Source of the DNA: Eledone cirrhosa | Taxonomy: Eukaryota | Assembly: GCA_964016885.1 (NCBI GenBank) | Contig: OZ024749.1 | Location: forward strand, 25,110,001 to 25,174,000 | Length of the DNA: 64,000 nt | Direction of reading: 5' to 3' | Translations under genes and position numbers: made by a program | Part shown: in pieces, positions 11,998 through 26,858 of the stretch | Position numbering within the stretch: position 1 is the first letter of the stretch | Layout of the letters: each line of letters starts with the position of its first letter | The notes under the pieces: generated by a model | The model's database searches: none | The model's input: the letters and a program-made list of their open reading frames with translations, nothing else | What the model was told of the DNA's origin: nothing

Positions 11998-12250
11998 TAT
12001 TGTTATACTTTGGGAGGGTCATGTTGCCAATAAGAAACACACGCACCAGTTGCTTTCACTTCAATTTATTATAATAAATTTATAAATTTAGGAATTTATA
12101 AATTTCCGGTTGGTTGGTTGGTTCCACAACTAGATGGTTGTTTATATATTGTCAAAGTTCTTTCGGCACACATTATGTGACCTCTTCAGTGACTGGGGAT
12201 TCTTTTCTTTGTTTTTGTGCCTCTCCTTTGTTCTTTCGTACGCCATCTTG
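11998..12250 (-). mobile_element. Solo pLTR of PLE family 1
   Basis: Matches 8180-8430. Starts at tattgttatac and ends at tacgccatcttg. (TA)n flanks. Confidence 0.88.
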
Positions 12251-12511
12251 ATATATATATATATATATAATTATATAAATATATATATATATGTATGCAT
12301 ATATCTATATATATCTACATCATGTATCTATTATATATACGTATATATATTATATTTATATATATATATATATATATATACGTATATACTTATATACATA
12401 TATATATATACTTATATACATATATACACATACATATATAGATATATATACATACATATATATACACATACACACACGCTCATATATATATATATATGGG
12501 TGTGTGTGTGT

Positions 12512-12780
12512 AGTGGAATTGCGGGGTGTAGTGTAAGGGTGTTGAACTTACGATCATAAGGTCGTGGGTTCAATTCCCGGGTTGAGTGATGTGTTCTTGA
12601 GCTTCATTTCAGTATACCCAGCTGAAAATGAGTACCAGTAATCGCTGGTCGATTGAACCTTGCGATAGGCTGGCGTTCTGTCCACGGGGAGTCTTGTACT
12701 CTCACTCGCTTCCCGCCACGAAAGAGGGATAAGCACCGGCCGAATGAGCCTTTTGGCTTATGATAGAATTTAGACTTTAG
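12512..12780 (+). mobile_element. tRNA-derived SINE (family B, CORE-like)
   Basis: A-box-like ggtgtagtgtaagg, B-box ggttcaattccc, then gtgttcttgagc and cagctgaaaatgagtacc. Confidence 0.65.
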
Positions 12781-13160
12781 ACATATATATATGTGTGTGT
12801 ATATGAATATACCTATACATGTATTTATACATGTATATATGTATAGATGAATGTATACATAAATACATACATGCGCACTGACATTCATACATATATGCAT
12901 ACATACATTCATACACGCATAAATACACACATAATTACATACATACATGCATAACGACAGACAGATTCATACGCATATATAAATATGCATATATTATACA
13001 TGCACCGAGACGTCCACGAATAATATCTAGAGTATATTTACATATGGAAAGGCTGACTTTGTAGTTACATCAGACCAGTTAAAATTGAATGGAAAATCTT
13101 CCTCACATTTAAATTGTGCAAGTGAAAATATTACTATACACACAGACACTCAAATAAACA

Positions 13161-13232
<72 letters not shown>

Positions 13233-13249
13233 ATATATATATAAAAATA

Positions 13250-13326
13250 TTTCACCACACCGAGAACAAAAGTTTCACCTTATCGGATCCTCAGCTCGGT
13301 GAAACATTTGTTCTCGGTACGGTGAA
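13250..13326 (-). ncRNA. Minimal hammerhead (13259-13300, minus) inside a short fold-back hairpin
   Basis: accgag-CTGAGGA-tcc-gataa-ggt-GAAA-cttttg-TT-ctcggt (6-bp stem I). The 3' half is duplicated in inverted orientation at 13298-13326. Confidence 0.75.
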
Positions 13327-13434
13327 CTAACCGTTGTGGAACTACTTCTACCTAACTCGTCCCATGGAATGAGTGCTCTACTACTTCAGATATAACCCTC
13401 CAGTGTTCTACTATTATATACACACATATATATA

Positions 13435-13513
13435 TAGAGGTTGCCCCAAAAAATGTATACGCGCATTGACAGCATTTTAATATATATGTGTATTCATTTT
13501 TGGGGATACCATA
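13435..13513. mobile_element. ~80-bp Tc1/mariner-type MITE
   Basis: Imperfect TIRs ggttgccccaaaaaatgtatac / gtattcatttttggggatacc in TA context. Confidence 0.65.
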
Positions 13514-13544
13514 TATATATATATGCTTACACACTCACACCATC

Positions 13545-13980
13545 AGCCCTACAATCAATTACTACCAGGCCTGTACTGGTGTCGAGTAATCGACCTTCCC
13601 CTTTCCTTTCAAATTTGTAGCCTAGTGCCTAAATCAGAAGCCATCATGAAATAGAGTTACGCCCATTTGCGGTTGGAGCTCAAATCTCTCCTTTCATCCT
13701 TACGTGTTCGATAAAATAAAGTACCAGTAATGCACTGGATAATTGCTGGCCTCGTGCCAAAAGTAGAAACGATTATTAAATAGCCAGTGATGTGGATTTG
13801 CAGTATTGATAGAACACCGGAACCTTTGTTTCGCGACTGAGAGTTACGTCTCTTTACGTTCTGAGATCAAATCTTGCCGAAATTAGCATTGCCTTTCGGC
13901 CATACGCGGTCGAGAAAATAAAACACTATTAAAATACTTAGGTCGATTTTATCGATTTTACCCACTTCCACCTTAAATCA
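13545..13980 (+). mobile_element. Decayed tandem copies of SINE family A
   Basis: ctttcatccttacg..tcgataaaataaagtaccagtaatgcactgg...gctggcctcgtgccaaaagtagaaac. Confidence 0.75.
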
Positions 13981-14529
13981 TTGTTGAACATTGTGTAATG
14001 GCCTTAACATGGAGACGTTAAACGCAAGCCCTTTGGGGTTCTTTAAAGCAACGTATTTATATATTTAAATGGACTCTGAAAATTCGCCAAGTAAAGCAAA
14101 TTTATTGTTGCAAAACTATGAAGTGAAAGGCAAATATATGTTTTAAATTGTAATGCTATACGTTGGCTAGCATGTGTATGGCAGAGAAATAGCAGGTTCG
14201 TTTGACACTTTGGGCAGAATGCCATGGCTTTTTCGTTTAAGTTCTCAGCGATTTGAGTTCAGCCCACGCCTGGGAGAACTTTACATTTTATCCATTTGAG
14301 AGTCGATAATCTAAGTAACAGACTCGTTGTTGTTCTCCTTCACACATTCTCTCTCTCTCCCTCTCTCTCCCTCTTTATCCCTCCCTCTCTCTTTATCTCT
14401 CTCTCTGTGTTTCTCTCTCTCTCGTTGTCTATCTATCTATCTATCTATCTCCATATATCCCTCTCTTTCTATTTCTCTCTCTCTATCTATCTATTTCTCT
14501 TTCTCTCTCTCTCGCTCACCCACCCGCTC

Positions 14530-15620
14530 TCGATTGTTGTTGGGTAAATTTAATCATTCGAAACTTTCAGTTTTTCTTCATTTATTCTTTCTTGTTGAGT
14601 GAAGGAATATGGGACTTGTAAACGGGGAAGATTTAAAGTTGGGTAGGGTCATCCCCGCACAATCTGCAAAGTGGCTACTTAAGGGGATTTTTCTTGTTTA
14701 TACGTCTCGGTTTTGTTGGTGATGGGTGGTCATTATTTTGGGTAATGACACCCATTTGTCCTATGGAGTTATGCCGACAGCCACATTATGTGATTACGTA
14801 GATCAGGTCGGTTCTCTGAGTTGCAAGTGAAGTTGCTTTTCACTGTGAAAGTTTGGTCACCTTTAAACGCGAATTTTGTCCTTCAAGTACGTACAGGCAT
14901 GTACGATACTCTGGTGTTCCACATTTTGTTGCCGTAAGGCTGTTGATTGGTATGTGTATATTTGTTCCAGTGAGAATGTGTTTCAGTATTTGGGTTGCCT
15001 TTAACTTTTAATGATCTTTTGTGTTTTTAGGATTGTTTTCCTTTTTCATCTTTAAATAAAATGTGTAGGTTTTTGTGAAGGAGATCGAACATTTAGTTGT
15101 TTCTGGGGTTGAATGTGAATACATATGGTAAGGTATTGTTTGTGGTTCTGTGCCTTGGTTTGTTGGGTTGATGAAAATGTGCGTGTTTTGCCCTGTCTAT
15201 TCCGTTATTAATTATGCCAAGTGGGAAGGCTCTTAAGGTAAGTGTGGTTTTTAGTTCATTTAGGCTTTGCTCCGGTTTAGCTGGATCTGATACTTTGGTG
15301 CATATACGTTTGGCTAAATTAAAAGGAATGTTAAGTTTTGTATGTTTCGAGTGATTCGAGGTGAAGATCAGTCATGTTTGGAGTCCGAGGTTCTATAAAA
15401 GGTGTCTGTTTCTATTTTACCAGCTGTTTTTTAAAATAAGGATATCTAAGAAGGCTAATTCCTCGGAGTTTGATTGAATTGTGAATTGTATGTTATTGTT
15501 AATGTTGTTTATCATATTTTTGAAAAGAATGAGTGTTTTCCTGCCAGAGTATAAAGAAATCGTCTAGGTATCTTTTCCAATTATTTTTGAGATGTGTATG
15601 GAAAGAGTCTCCGAATAATA
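14530..15620 (-). pseudogene. Decayed Penelope/Poseidon-type PLE fragment (RT C-terminus, thumb, EN remnant)
   Basis: Minus strand WKRYLDDF (~15555-15580), NNINNNIQFT...LAFLDILI, SNHSKHTKLNIPFNLAKRIC. Many frameshifts. Confidence 0.8.
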
Positions 15621-16217
15621 TATACATATATATGTGTGTATGTGTATTTGTGTGTGTGTGTGTGTGCGCTCACGCGTGTATCTATGTGTGTATGTTATAA
15701 TAAATTTCAAAAATGTCAAAATAATTCAAACAATCTCCAGCACCGACTCATCAACAACAAGTCCTTGAGAACGATAGCGCAATATTTGTTTCAAAATACT
15801 TCAAGGGATTCCCATGAAGATTTCTGAGAGGAGGTTGTCATCATCATTATTATTATTATTATTATTATTACTGTTGTTGTTGTTGTCATTATTATTTTCA
15901 GTAATATTAAGTTTCGTATTCTCCTTTCCCCCCTTCCACATTCCTCCTCTGCCATCTCCTCTTCTTCAGTAGTTACATTACGTTACTCTATTATACTCTC
16001 ATGTGTTCCATTAAGAAATACTTTAAAAAAACCTTTAGAATATTGACATGTTTTCAGGTCTCTTCTTTAAGTGTACACTCTATCGTTCTTTAAAATAAAT
16101 GTTATGACATCCTCATCAAATGCGGTATCCTCCACATAACCCTGCTCCTCGCCGCCCCTCACTCACACACTGGCAAACGCTGACACACAAACACATCCAT
16201 CTGCTACTAAATATAAA

Positions 16218-16321
<104 letters not shown>

Positions 16322-16394
16322 GCCTCTGCATGTGTGTGTGTATATGTCTGATTAGCATAAATCTAAATAATAATTGTCATCAGCTCCGCAGTAG

Positions 16395-16995
16395 TCATCA
16401 TATACATCATTTCCATTATCATCGTCATCATCATCATTACCATCATCATCATCACCATCACCATCACCACCATCATCATCATGATCATTACCACATTATC
16501 AACACAATCATCACCTTCCTCATCAGCATTATTATCAGCAACATCATCATCATGATCATCATCATCATCATCATCATCACCACCTCCATCATCATTATCA
16601 TCATCGTCATCATCATCGTCATGACCATTATCAACATGATTATGATCATTATCATCATCATCATCACCACCACGCTCACCATCACCATCAGTATCATCAT
16701 CGCTATCATCATCATCATCATCATCAACATCATCACACTATCAACATAATCATCGTTATCATTATCAACATAATCAGCATTATCGTCATCATCATCACCA
16801 TCCTTATCAACATAATCATCATCAACACCATAATCATCATCGTCATCATCATCGCCTTTTTCCTCATCATCTTCTCCATCGCCATATTCTCCATCATCAT
16901 CAACATCTTTATCATCATCATCATCGTTATCATTATCATCATCACCATCATCTTCATTAGTTACTTCATCATGACCATCATCAACACCATTATAA
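16395..16995 (+). repeat. Degenerate (CAT)n trinucleotide tract
   Basis: Direct reading. Confidence 0.95.
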
Positions 16996-17178
16996 TCAAA
17001 AGATAATGTAATAAATTATTCATAAGTAAAACACTCAATAACCCTTCCGATATGTTGTTGCCCTTTCCTTAATCATATTTCTTTCAGTAAATTAAATTAA
17101 ATTAATATGATTAATAAAAATTATGTTAAATTCACTTTAATAATTTAATCATGTTTTGTTGTTGTGTATCCCGTGTAA

Positions 17179-18525
17179 AGGAACCGGTGGATTGGCAGTA
17201 TCGGTAGAAAGTCGGACGCTATGCTTTGACGCAGAGAGTTACGGGCCTTGCCATTCTGGGTTCGAATCCCGCCGAGGTTAACTTTGTCTTTCATCCTTAC
17301 GGGGTCGATAAAATAAAGTACCAGTAATGCACTGGGTAATTGCTGGCCTTGTGCCAAACAGTAGAAACAATTATTATTGGATTAGCAAAATGGGTAGAGT
17401 GTTGGACACCATTCTTTATAGAATAGAGTTATGACCCTTTACGTTCTGAGTTCAAATCCAGCTCGGATTAACTTTGCCTTTCATCCTTAAGAGGTCGATT
17501 ACATATAGCACCAGTAACGTACTGGGGTCGATTTAATCGACTTTCCGCTCCCCTCAAATTACTGGCCTTGTGTCTATACTAGAAATCCTTATTGGAATGG
17601 CAGAATCGGTAGAGCCTTGGACACCGTGCTTTAAAGTATAGAATTATGGCTATTTACGTTCTGCGTTCAAATCCAGCCGAGGTTAACTTTGCCTTTCATC
17701 CTTGCGGGGTAGATAAAATAAAGTACCAGTAATGTACTGCGGTAATTGCTGGCTTTGTACCAAAAGTAGAAACAATTATTATAATTTGGCACAATTGCTG
17801 ATGAGTTAGAACATCGAAGTAAATGTATTGTAATATTTTTTTATAGCACATTACCATCTGATTTCCAAAAACGCTCATGGCTACTTTACTTTTCATCCTT
17901 CTGGATATGCGTCAATAAATCAATGTACCAGTTACCCCTAACCCTAACCCTAACTATTAAGGACTAGAAGTTATTTCATTACCCACCTCACCGGCTCAAA
18001 TATAACATGTTGCACTTGTGCCGACATTAGAAATCAGTACTACAATAGTAAATTGGCAGTATCGGTAGAGCGTCGGACAGCATGCTTGCCAGCATAGAGT
18101 TATGGCGTTTTATGATTATTGTAATGTGCATTTGCCTTATACACATAAATATTCAAAAATCATCTCAATGATATTTGTCTCATGATTAACTTGTATTAGC
18201 ATTACCTTGTGAAATAGCTTCAATATTAAAGAGCCTGGTAGTATCATTAGAGTGTCGGACAACATATTTTGTGCCATAGAGTTACGCCTCTTTATGTTCT
18301 GTGTTCAAATCTTGTCGAGGTTAGCTTAGCTTTTCATCTTTTACGAAAATAACATAAAGTACCACATAACATAAAGTACCAGATAACATGAAGTACAAGA
18401 TAACATAAAGTACCAGATAACATGAAGTACCAGATAACATACTGTACCGGTATCGCACTAGGGTCGTATAATCTACTTAGCCTTCCCTACATGTATTGCC
18501 ATTGAGCATAAATCAGAACACTGTA
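17179..18525 (+). mobile_element. Tandem cluster of ~6 SINE family A copies (tRNA-derived head, MetaSINE-like core, (ATT)n tail)
   Basis: A box tggcagtatcggtag, B box gttc(g/a)aatcc, core gcctttcatccttacggggtcgataaaataaagtacca. Units start near 17179, 17378, 17592, 17790, 18050 and 18235. Confidence 0.85.
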
Positions 18526-19745
18526 TTGTGTGTCAGACCTCAACCTACGTCCCGCTAATCATATAACTAAAATATATAGTTTTTATTGCATACTACCCTT
18601 GCAAGGCGACGTAAACTTATGCAGACTTGGCCATTGAAGTAATTTGCATCTGCCATTTAATTGAATGGGCTTCATGCTTTGTTGACTGTACGGGAATAGA
18701 AACATTATGGAGGAACAATCAGCCACAGTTCATATACATACCACAGTCCAAAAATGATTTCACTACAAACGAACTCTGTTATTTAAATGAATTTTCCAAA
18801 TGTTCATCTCTATAATATACCCATGACCCATATATGATAAGAATAACAATACAACAATTAGATGTGTGTACACAGGAATGGCTATCATGTCGTATATTAT
18901 ATTTGTCAAAAGTACTTGAATTATTGAACTTTTCTCATATTCTGTAGGTTGAGAACCGCTGAAATATATATATATGATAAACAAATGAAAACACTGCTGC
19001 ATATAGTGCAAGGATCTACTAAAGAATCTGATATGAAATTTCGTTTAGAAAAATGTTTTTCTCACAATATCTAGCCGACCGAACATTCAGATCAATTTTC
19101 TAATAGGACGATTGCGTTGTCTATTGGCACAGTAATATATATTGTGGTGATGTGTAATGACTGACCTTGAAGGTATGACATAAAACAGGAATGTTCCACT
19201 TGAAATGTAAATGTCAAGGTAAGATATTAATTTAGATAGTGGCATTCATGTTGAATAAATATTCGACGGGGGGAAATTGAACGGGAAACTAGAGTTAAGA
19301 ATATACATGTTGAAATAGCATTTAGTCATTCTCCCGTATCACATTATAATATGAGGTTGTGTGAAGAATCAGACATAACGAAAATAACGAAAACAATAAC
19401 AGCAAGGGGAAGAAGAAGACATAGAAGATGATGGTGATGATGATGATGGCGATGACGAATATTACGATGGTCCTGATAGTGGTAGTAATACAAATCTTAA
19501 TATTAGCGTGTAGAGTATAAAGAATGCGAAACAGGAAAAACAGTAACAATTGAGTTGTTTTTATAAACAACGAGAAAGGATGAAAACATTGCATGTTTTG
19601 AAATCATTCTGCATACTTTACACACACACACACATACACACGCACTTATATATATAGAGAGAGAGACAGAGAGAGAAAGAGAGATCCGTATGAACGTACA
19701 TGCACACATGAACGCACATACATACGCATATTTGTACATATATTC

Positions 19746-19933
<188 letters not shown>

Positions 19934-20002
19934 ATACACATACACACACACGCACACATATATCTACATATATATGTGTGTGTGTTTATATATATGCCTA
20001 TA

Positions 20003-20048
<46 letters not shown>

Positions 20049-20068
20049 TATATATATATATATATATG

Positions 20069-20112
<44 letters not shown>

Positions 20113-20134
20113 TATATATATATATATATATATG

Positions 20135-20203
<69 letters not shown>

Positions 20204-20996
20204 ATGTGTGTGTGTGTGTGTGTATGTGCGTTTATGAATGCATATACGAATAAAGAGACATATGAACACACATACAAAGATATTCACTATTTGTTGGCTT
20301 TTATAACATAGCAAGCGCCGCTATATCAGAAAGCTTTAACGCAACAGGACACAACAAAAACACAAACAACAATTACTATAAAGAAAATATAACAAAAACC
20401 TTTTTTATATCTGTTACCACATTACATTGACTTTATAAATATTTCATTCCCGTAATCAAGTAAGCTTATACATCTCTCTTTATATTGTTTCATATATTCT
20501 CATCTGAATATTTTTCCACCGTTTTTTTCATATCATATGTGTTGTTTCAATTCTGTATTTTGGTATTTATTTTTCTATTTTCCTTTATTTGTTTTTGTTT
20601 GTTTATTACATATATTTTTTTATTCGATTCTTTTGTTTTTGCATATGTCGATTTTCATTTATATTGATGAGAAGTTTTCGCGAAGTAGAAATTTAGAAAG
20701 TTCTATATTTGATTTTTTTTTTTTTTTTTTTTTGGCTATTTTTGTTTTTGTTAACTACTTCTTCCGTGAATCAGTGTTAATGCATGCAATAAATTATGAA
20801 AGTACACAAGAAAACATCTTTGTTTGTATACTTATTTATCTATTATATATATATACATTATTTTAGATACTCTATATATTTTTATTGTTGCTAATGGGTA
20901 CAATGGTTTGAAGTATATATGTGTATATATATATATAAGTGTGTGTATGTATGTATATATATGTATGTATATATTTAAATATACATATACATATAT

Positions 20997-21161
<165 letters not shown>

Positions 21162-21329
21162 TATAAATATATATATTTATGTATATATAAATATATATAT
21201 ATGTGTGTGTGTGTGTGTATGTCTGTGTGTCTATATGTGTGTGTGTGTAAAAAATCCATAGAAATAAGAGATCAAACATCAAGCAACAATAAAGAAATAG
21301 TTTAATCCTTGAAATATATATGTAAAGCG

Positions 21330-21365
21330 TCTCAACGTTTCTGACAATACTCCTTGGTCAGAAGA
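21330..21365 (-). ncRNA. Degenerate Penelope-type hammerhead
   Basis: Minus strand CTGAccA-aggagtattgtca-GAAA-c-GTT-gaga; core mutated. Confidence 0.3.
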
Positions 21366-21463
21366 TACAATGAGAAATAAAAGATGAAATAGGAAGACAA
21401 AGAGCGAGGAGGGGACGGAACGGAAAATCACATACATACGTATTGAGTCAGCCATGTGTTATG

Positions 21464-21539
<76 letters not shown>

Positions 21540-22094
21540 TATATATATATAATCATACAGAGAGAGAGAACGAGAGAGAGAAAGATAGATAACTAGCTTG
21601 ATACATAGGTAGATATAGATATAAATATTTCATATTATATTAGATTATATAAAATACATGGAAGCCAAGCGTACACCTTCCTGGGTAGTCAGATTTCCCC
21701 GGGAGCATGCATGCAATGTAATATTATTTATAAACCTTTATCTTGATAAACTTGATGAAAAACGAGAAAACATATACGTTTCTAGTGCAACATCTGGCAA
21801 AATTAGTTTTCATTGAAATTGAAATAATATAGCGGAAATCTTTCGGTGATTGATGCAAGTGAACCACAACAACACGGAAATATAGATGTATCCACAATGT
21901 GGTAAGAAATTTGCTTGGTAGCAGGAAATTTACCTGGAAACAACTATATAATACCTTTAATAATTGTTTCTATATTTGGAGAAAGGACAGCAATTTGAAG
22001 AGGACGGAAATGTCGATCAAATTGACACGAGTGCGTTACATGTACATCTTTGAGCAATTGATAGTAATGTTATTGATTTTTATTGATCTAGATC

Positions 22095-22126
<32 letters not shown>

Positions 22127-22134
<8 letters not shown>

Positions 22135-23091
22135 AAATATGATAATAATGGAGCTGCGGCGTTGGAAATGGGTTACATATGAAAAAGTTTGTCCTTCATC
22201 AGTGGCCTTCCAACCGTCATAGGCATTTCATCGCTTTAAAGACCATATACCTCAGGTTGGTGCGAGCAACGGCTAAAAAAAGTCGTTGGGACACGTCAAT
22301 AAAGGGGACGCTTAAACCATTTTGTTTGTTTACCCTAGCGTCCCCTTTATTTACGTGTCCCAACGACTTTTTTTAGCCGTTGCTCGCACCAACCTGAGGT
22401 ATATGGCCTTTAAAGCGATGAAATGCCTACGACGGTTGGAAGGCCACTGATGAAGGACAAACTTTTTCATATGTAACCCATTTGCAACGCCGCAGCTCCA
22501 TTATTATCATATTTGCACATATATTTTTCCCTCTGCTGCTACCCATCTGTTTCGTTGTTTGTATCTTTACCCTTTCTAGCAGTCTCTCTTTCTCTGTTAG
22601 CCTCTTCCTCACCTTTCACTCACTCATTCTCTGTCACTACCTCTCCTCCTCCCCTTTCTTCCCGTTTGACCTGTCCGTAATTCTTTTCTCGCGCGCTCTT
22701 GGCCAAGCCGGTATGATTTTTTTTTCTCTCTCTCTCTCTCGTCTGCGACTTCACAGAACTTATGTTTACCGAATTCGCAGACCAGACCTCTTCTTCCTCC
22801 CGTTAGACCTGTGTGAAATTCCTTCCTTGCTCACATTTCAACCAGGTTTGATGGTCTTTATTCTCTCGTTCACGATTTCACCGAATTTATATTCATAGAA
22901 ATCTGGGACTTGTCTCTTTCTTCATCAATTTCTGTTGCTTAAACCATTTTGTTTGTTTACCCTAGCGTCACCTTTATTTACGTGTCCCAACGACTTTTTT
23001 TAGCCTTTGCTCGCACCAACCTGAGGTATATGGTCTTTAAAGCGATGAAATGCCTATGACGGTTGGAAGGCCACTGATGAAGGACAAACTT

Positions 23092-23097
<6 letters not shown>
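22127..23097 (+). mobile_element. Non-coding partial-tandem element (~627-bp unit, direct repeats 22310-22471 / 22937-23097) with 5' inverted arm (palindrome 22127-22523)
   Basis: Arms 22127-22312 / 22337-22523 with 24-nt spacer. Pyrimidine-rich internal region, no ORF, (TA)n flanks. Confidence 0.85.
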
Positions 23098-23145
<48 letters not shown>

Positions 23146-23147
<2 letters not shown>

Positions 23148-23348
23148 CGAAGGAAATGTGGTAAGGAACCAGGTGGACCATAACGCACCAAAGTACTCAA
23201 TACTTAGGGTAGTAGAGTGGGTAATATAGGAACGAGTAGGACCCCGACGTCTGAGCTCAAGCCGTTTCGACGGCTAATTCTGTAATAAATTTAGTCCAGA
23301 ATTAGCCGTCGAAACGGCTTGAGCTCAGCCGTCGGGGTCCTACTTGTT

Positions 23349-23352
<4 letters not shown>
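23146..23352 (-). mobile_element. Family H hairpin element, second copy
   Basis: Near-identical to 394-580. Hairpin ~23226-23352 with 18-nt loop tgtaataaatttagtcca. Confidence 0.85.
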
Positions 23353-23412
<60 letters not shown>

Positions 23413-24147
23413 CAAATAAATTATCGAGAATCGGAACCTCGGCCCACGAAATAACGAAACACAATCGTCGAAATATGTGGCAAAGTGCTCAATAGTTTGG
23501 ATAAACCAGAGCTATAACTAAAGTTTAAATACCAACACACTGAGACGATGCTTAAACAATCATTCGCACAGCCGAAAATACGACCAAGAAAATTCGGGTC
23601 AGACAATTAAAAGTGTATATGAATGAAAAATGTACCCGGACCCCCGGGAAAGATGGTAAATTCCAGCATTTGGGTTTCTGCGGCTCCTAAATCAGTTACC
23701 GTCAGTTTACATGAAAAATATCCGGCTTCTGGCAAGATGATGAACAAGGAAACCACTTTTTCAACAGGCGTTTAGGTCAATAATACAAGGGAACCCGTTA
23801 CTAAATCCACGTGGTGTCTAGCAAGGGAGGGAACCCCTATATTAGGCGAATGAATTCAGTAGTGTATATTAATGTAAAAATACAAAATATCACATATCGA
23901 ATAAGAGTTCTCAACAGACGGGTTATATATATATTAATATATATATATACAAAAAGAGATAGAGAGGGAGAGAGAGAGAATTGCAATTTTAAAATGCTGT
24001 TACATTAGGCATGTATTCATGTGATATATGTTACCAATTTGTACTTTTCATCTTCATGATTATCTTAGTTTACGAAAGGTGTATATGTGTGTGGGTGTGT
24101 GCGTGCGTGTGGGTGTGTGGGTGTGTGTGTGTGTGTTAATGTCATAT

Positions 24148-24216
<69 letters not shown>

Positions 24217-24340
24217 CTATAATCAATCCCAGTATTGAAGCTAATCATGCAGAGTAAAAGAAAAAATATTGATAATATATCTTCTGAAGAGTGCATGAAT
24301 AAATGCATAGTGTAATAGTATATATTCTGTGTACTATGTG

Positions 24341-24425
<85 letters not shown>

Positions 24426-24526
24426 TGTGTGTATATATATATCTATATACATATATATATGTGTGTGTGTATATATATAAATATGTGTGTGTATATTTAT
24501 ATATATATGTATTTATATATATATAT

Positions 24527-24558
<32 letters not shown>

Positions 24559-24633
24559 GAATGTATATATATATATATATACATATGTGTATATATATAT
24601 ATGTATATGTGTATATATATATGTATATGAATG

Positions 24634-24664
<31 letters not shown>

Positions 24665-24954
24665 GTGTATATATATATATATGTATATGTGTATATATAT
24701 ATATATGTATGTATATGTGTGTATATATATATATATGTGTATGTATATGTGTGTATATATATATTAATATATATGCATATGTGTGTATATATATATATAT
24801 ATATAGATGTGTATGTATATGTGTGTATATATATATTAATATATATGCATATGTGTGTATATATATATGTATATATATATGTATATATATATATATTTAT
24901 TTATATGTAATTGTAAATAAATATATATATACATGCATACACACAAACACACAC

Positions 24955-24994
<40 letters not shown>

Positions 24995-25025
24995 TGAGGT
25001 GTTGGTATACAACCAACATAAACTC

Positions 25026-25060
<35 letters not shown>

Positions 25061-25071
25061 TTATTTATCTG

Positions 25072-25111
<40 letters not shown>

Positions 25112-25591
25112 TATATATATGTATATATATATAAATATATATATACATACATACACACAAACATATATATATATATATATACAGAGAGAGAGAATGGAGG
25201 GAGAGAAAGATTGGCCCATGACGCAAAGATATATAACGGATGTGAAGAATAGCTAAGCAGGCAGATACTGTGATATTATTAGATATATGTGATAGATAGA
25301 GTCACGTACAGATTAATTTATTGGAGAAAAAAAGGTCATATAATTAAAATAAAAACTGTTTAATAAATGAAATATATATATAAATAAAAAAGTTATTGAT
25401 ATATATGGATGAAAAATTGGCTTTTCCTCCTTCTTTGCTGCGTTTCGATTCTTTTTGTCTTGTCTTAATTTTATTAGTTTTCCGAAAAATAATTTGGTAA
25501 AATCCCTTTTATATATATATATACATACATCTCTATATATATATATATTTACATACATCTATATATATATATGTATGTATATATATATGTA

Positions 25592-25659
<68 letters not shown>

Positions 25660-25727
25660 TGTGTAGAAATGGATATATATATATACATGTATACATATGC
25701 ATATATATACACATATTTCCATATATA

Positions 25728-25817
<90 letters not shown>

Positions 25818-26467
25818 CGTATGTATGTGTGTGTGTATGTATATATGTATAAATATATATGTGTATATCTATGTATAAAACCTAAAGCTAAATTGAAACT
25901 CACCGCAGATAATAATAATAATAGTAATAAAAATAAAAGAAATGATGAAAAGAGTCAGGAAAAATTGATAAATACCGAGGAAATTCTTATAGGAATTAGA
26001 AATGACTGAAAACAATATGGAAGAATATATATAGAAATAAAACTAAAAAATTAAATATAACAAAGTGAAAAGACTAGGATAGTATAGGTTGCCATTGCCT
26101 ATCTTTTGGCAGCAGCACAAAATATGGTAAACATTGTTCCAAGTTATAATACATATAAGCAAGGCCAATAACAAGACAACATATATCTACAATCGTAGAT
26201 AGCTCAGAGATGCCACCAGTCTTGTCACTTGTGTTCGTTCTAAATTCTTGAAATATCACGATATGAAAGAAATAGATTTTGCTGGCAATATTTTTTGTTG
26301 TTTGTTGTTTTTGTTGTTGTTGTTGCTTTTTGTGGTTTGGTTTTTAGCTGAGGCTTTTGTGAGTGTTCATTTTAATTTTCTTTTTGTGTTATTTTTGTCT
26401 ACAATACATTTATATTAATCTAGCTTCGCAATCTTAGATAGGCACAGCAAAAGTCATCTTCTATACA

Positions 26468-26534
<67 letters not shown>

Positions 26535-26536
26535 AT

Positions 26537-26594
<58 letters not shown>

Positions 26595-26662
26595 ATACAT
26601 ATATATATATATATATATATAAACATACAGGCATATATAATTGTTTGTATATATACACATAT

Positions 26663-26746
<84 letters not shown>

Positions 26747-26747
26747 T

Positions 26748-26858
26748 GTTTAGCTCTGGTTTTTAACTATTGACCACTTTGCCAGTATCATTTCTGATTT
26801 TTGCGTTTCGCTTCGCTTTTCCTGCCGGCCGAAATGCGATTTTCGCTGAATCTTTATT

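Noticed and set aside
17179-17280. SINE heads as tRNA genes
   Set aside because: A/B boxes are present but there is no cloverleaf, and a conserved SINE body and tail follow.
17936-17954. (CCCTAA)3 telomere-like repeat
   Set aside because: Only three units inside a decayed SINE, with no link to PLE ends.
18350-18440. Short direct repeats (ataacat(a/g)aagtacca) resembling a CRISPR array
   Set aside because: Contiguous tandem duplication of SINE sequence, no spacers, eukaryotic context.
23420-23920. Possible GIY-YIG remnant (AGIYHLS on minus)
   Set aside because: No matching YIG motif or continuous frame.
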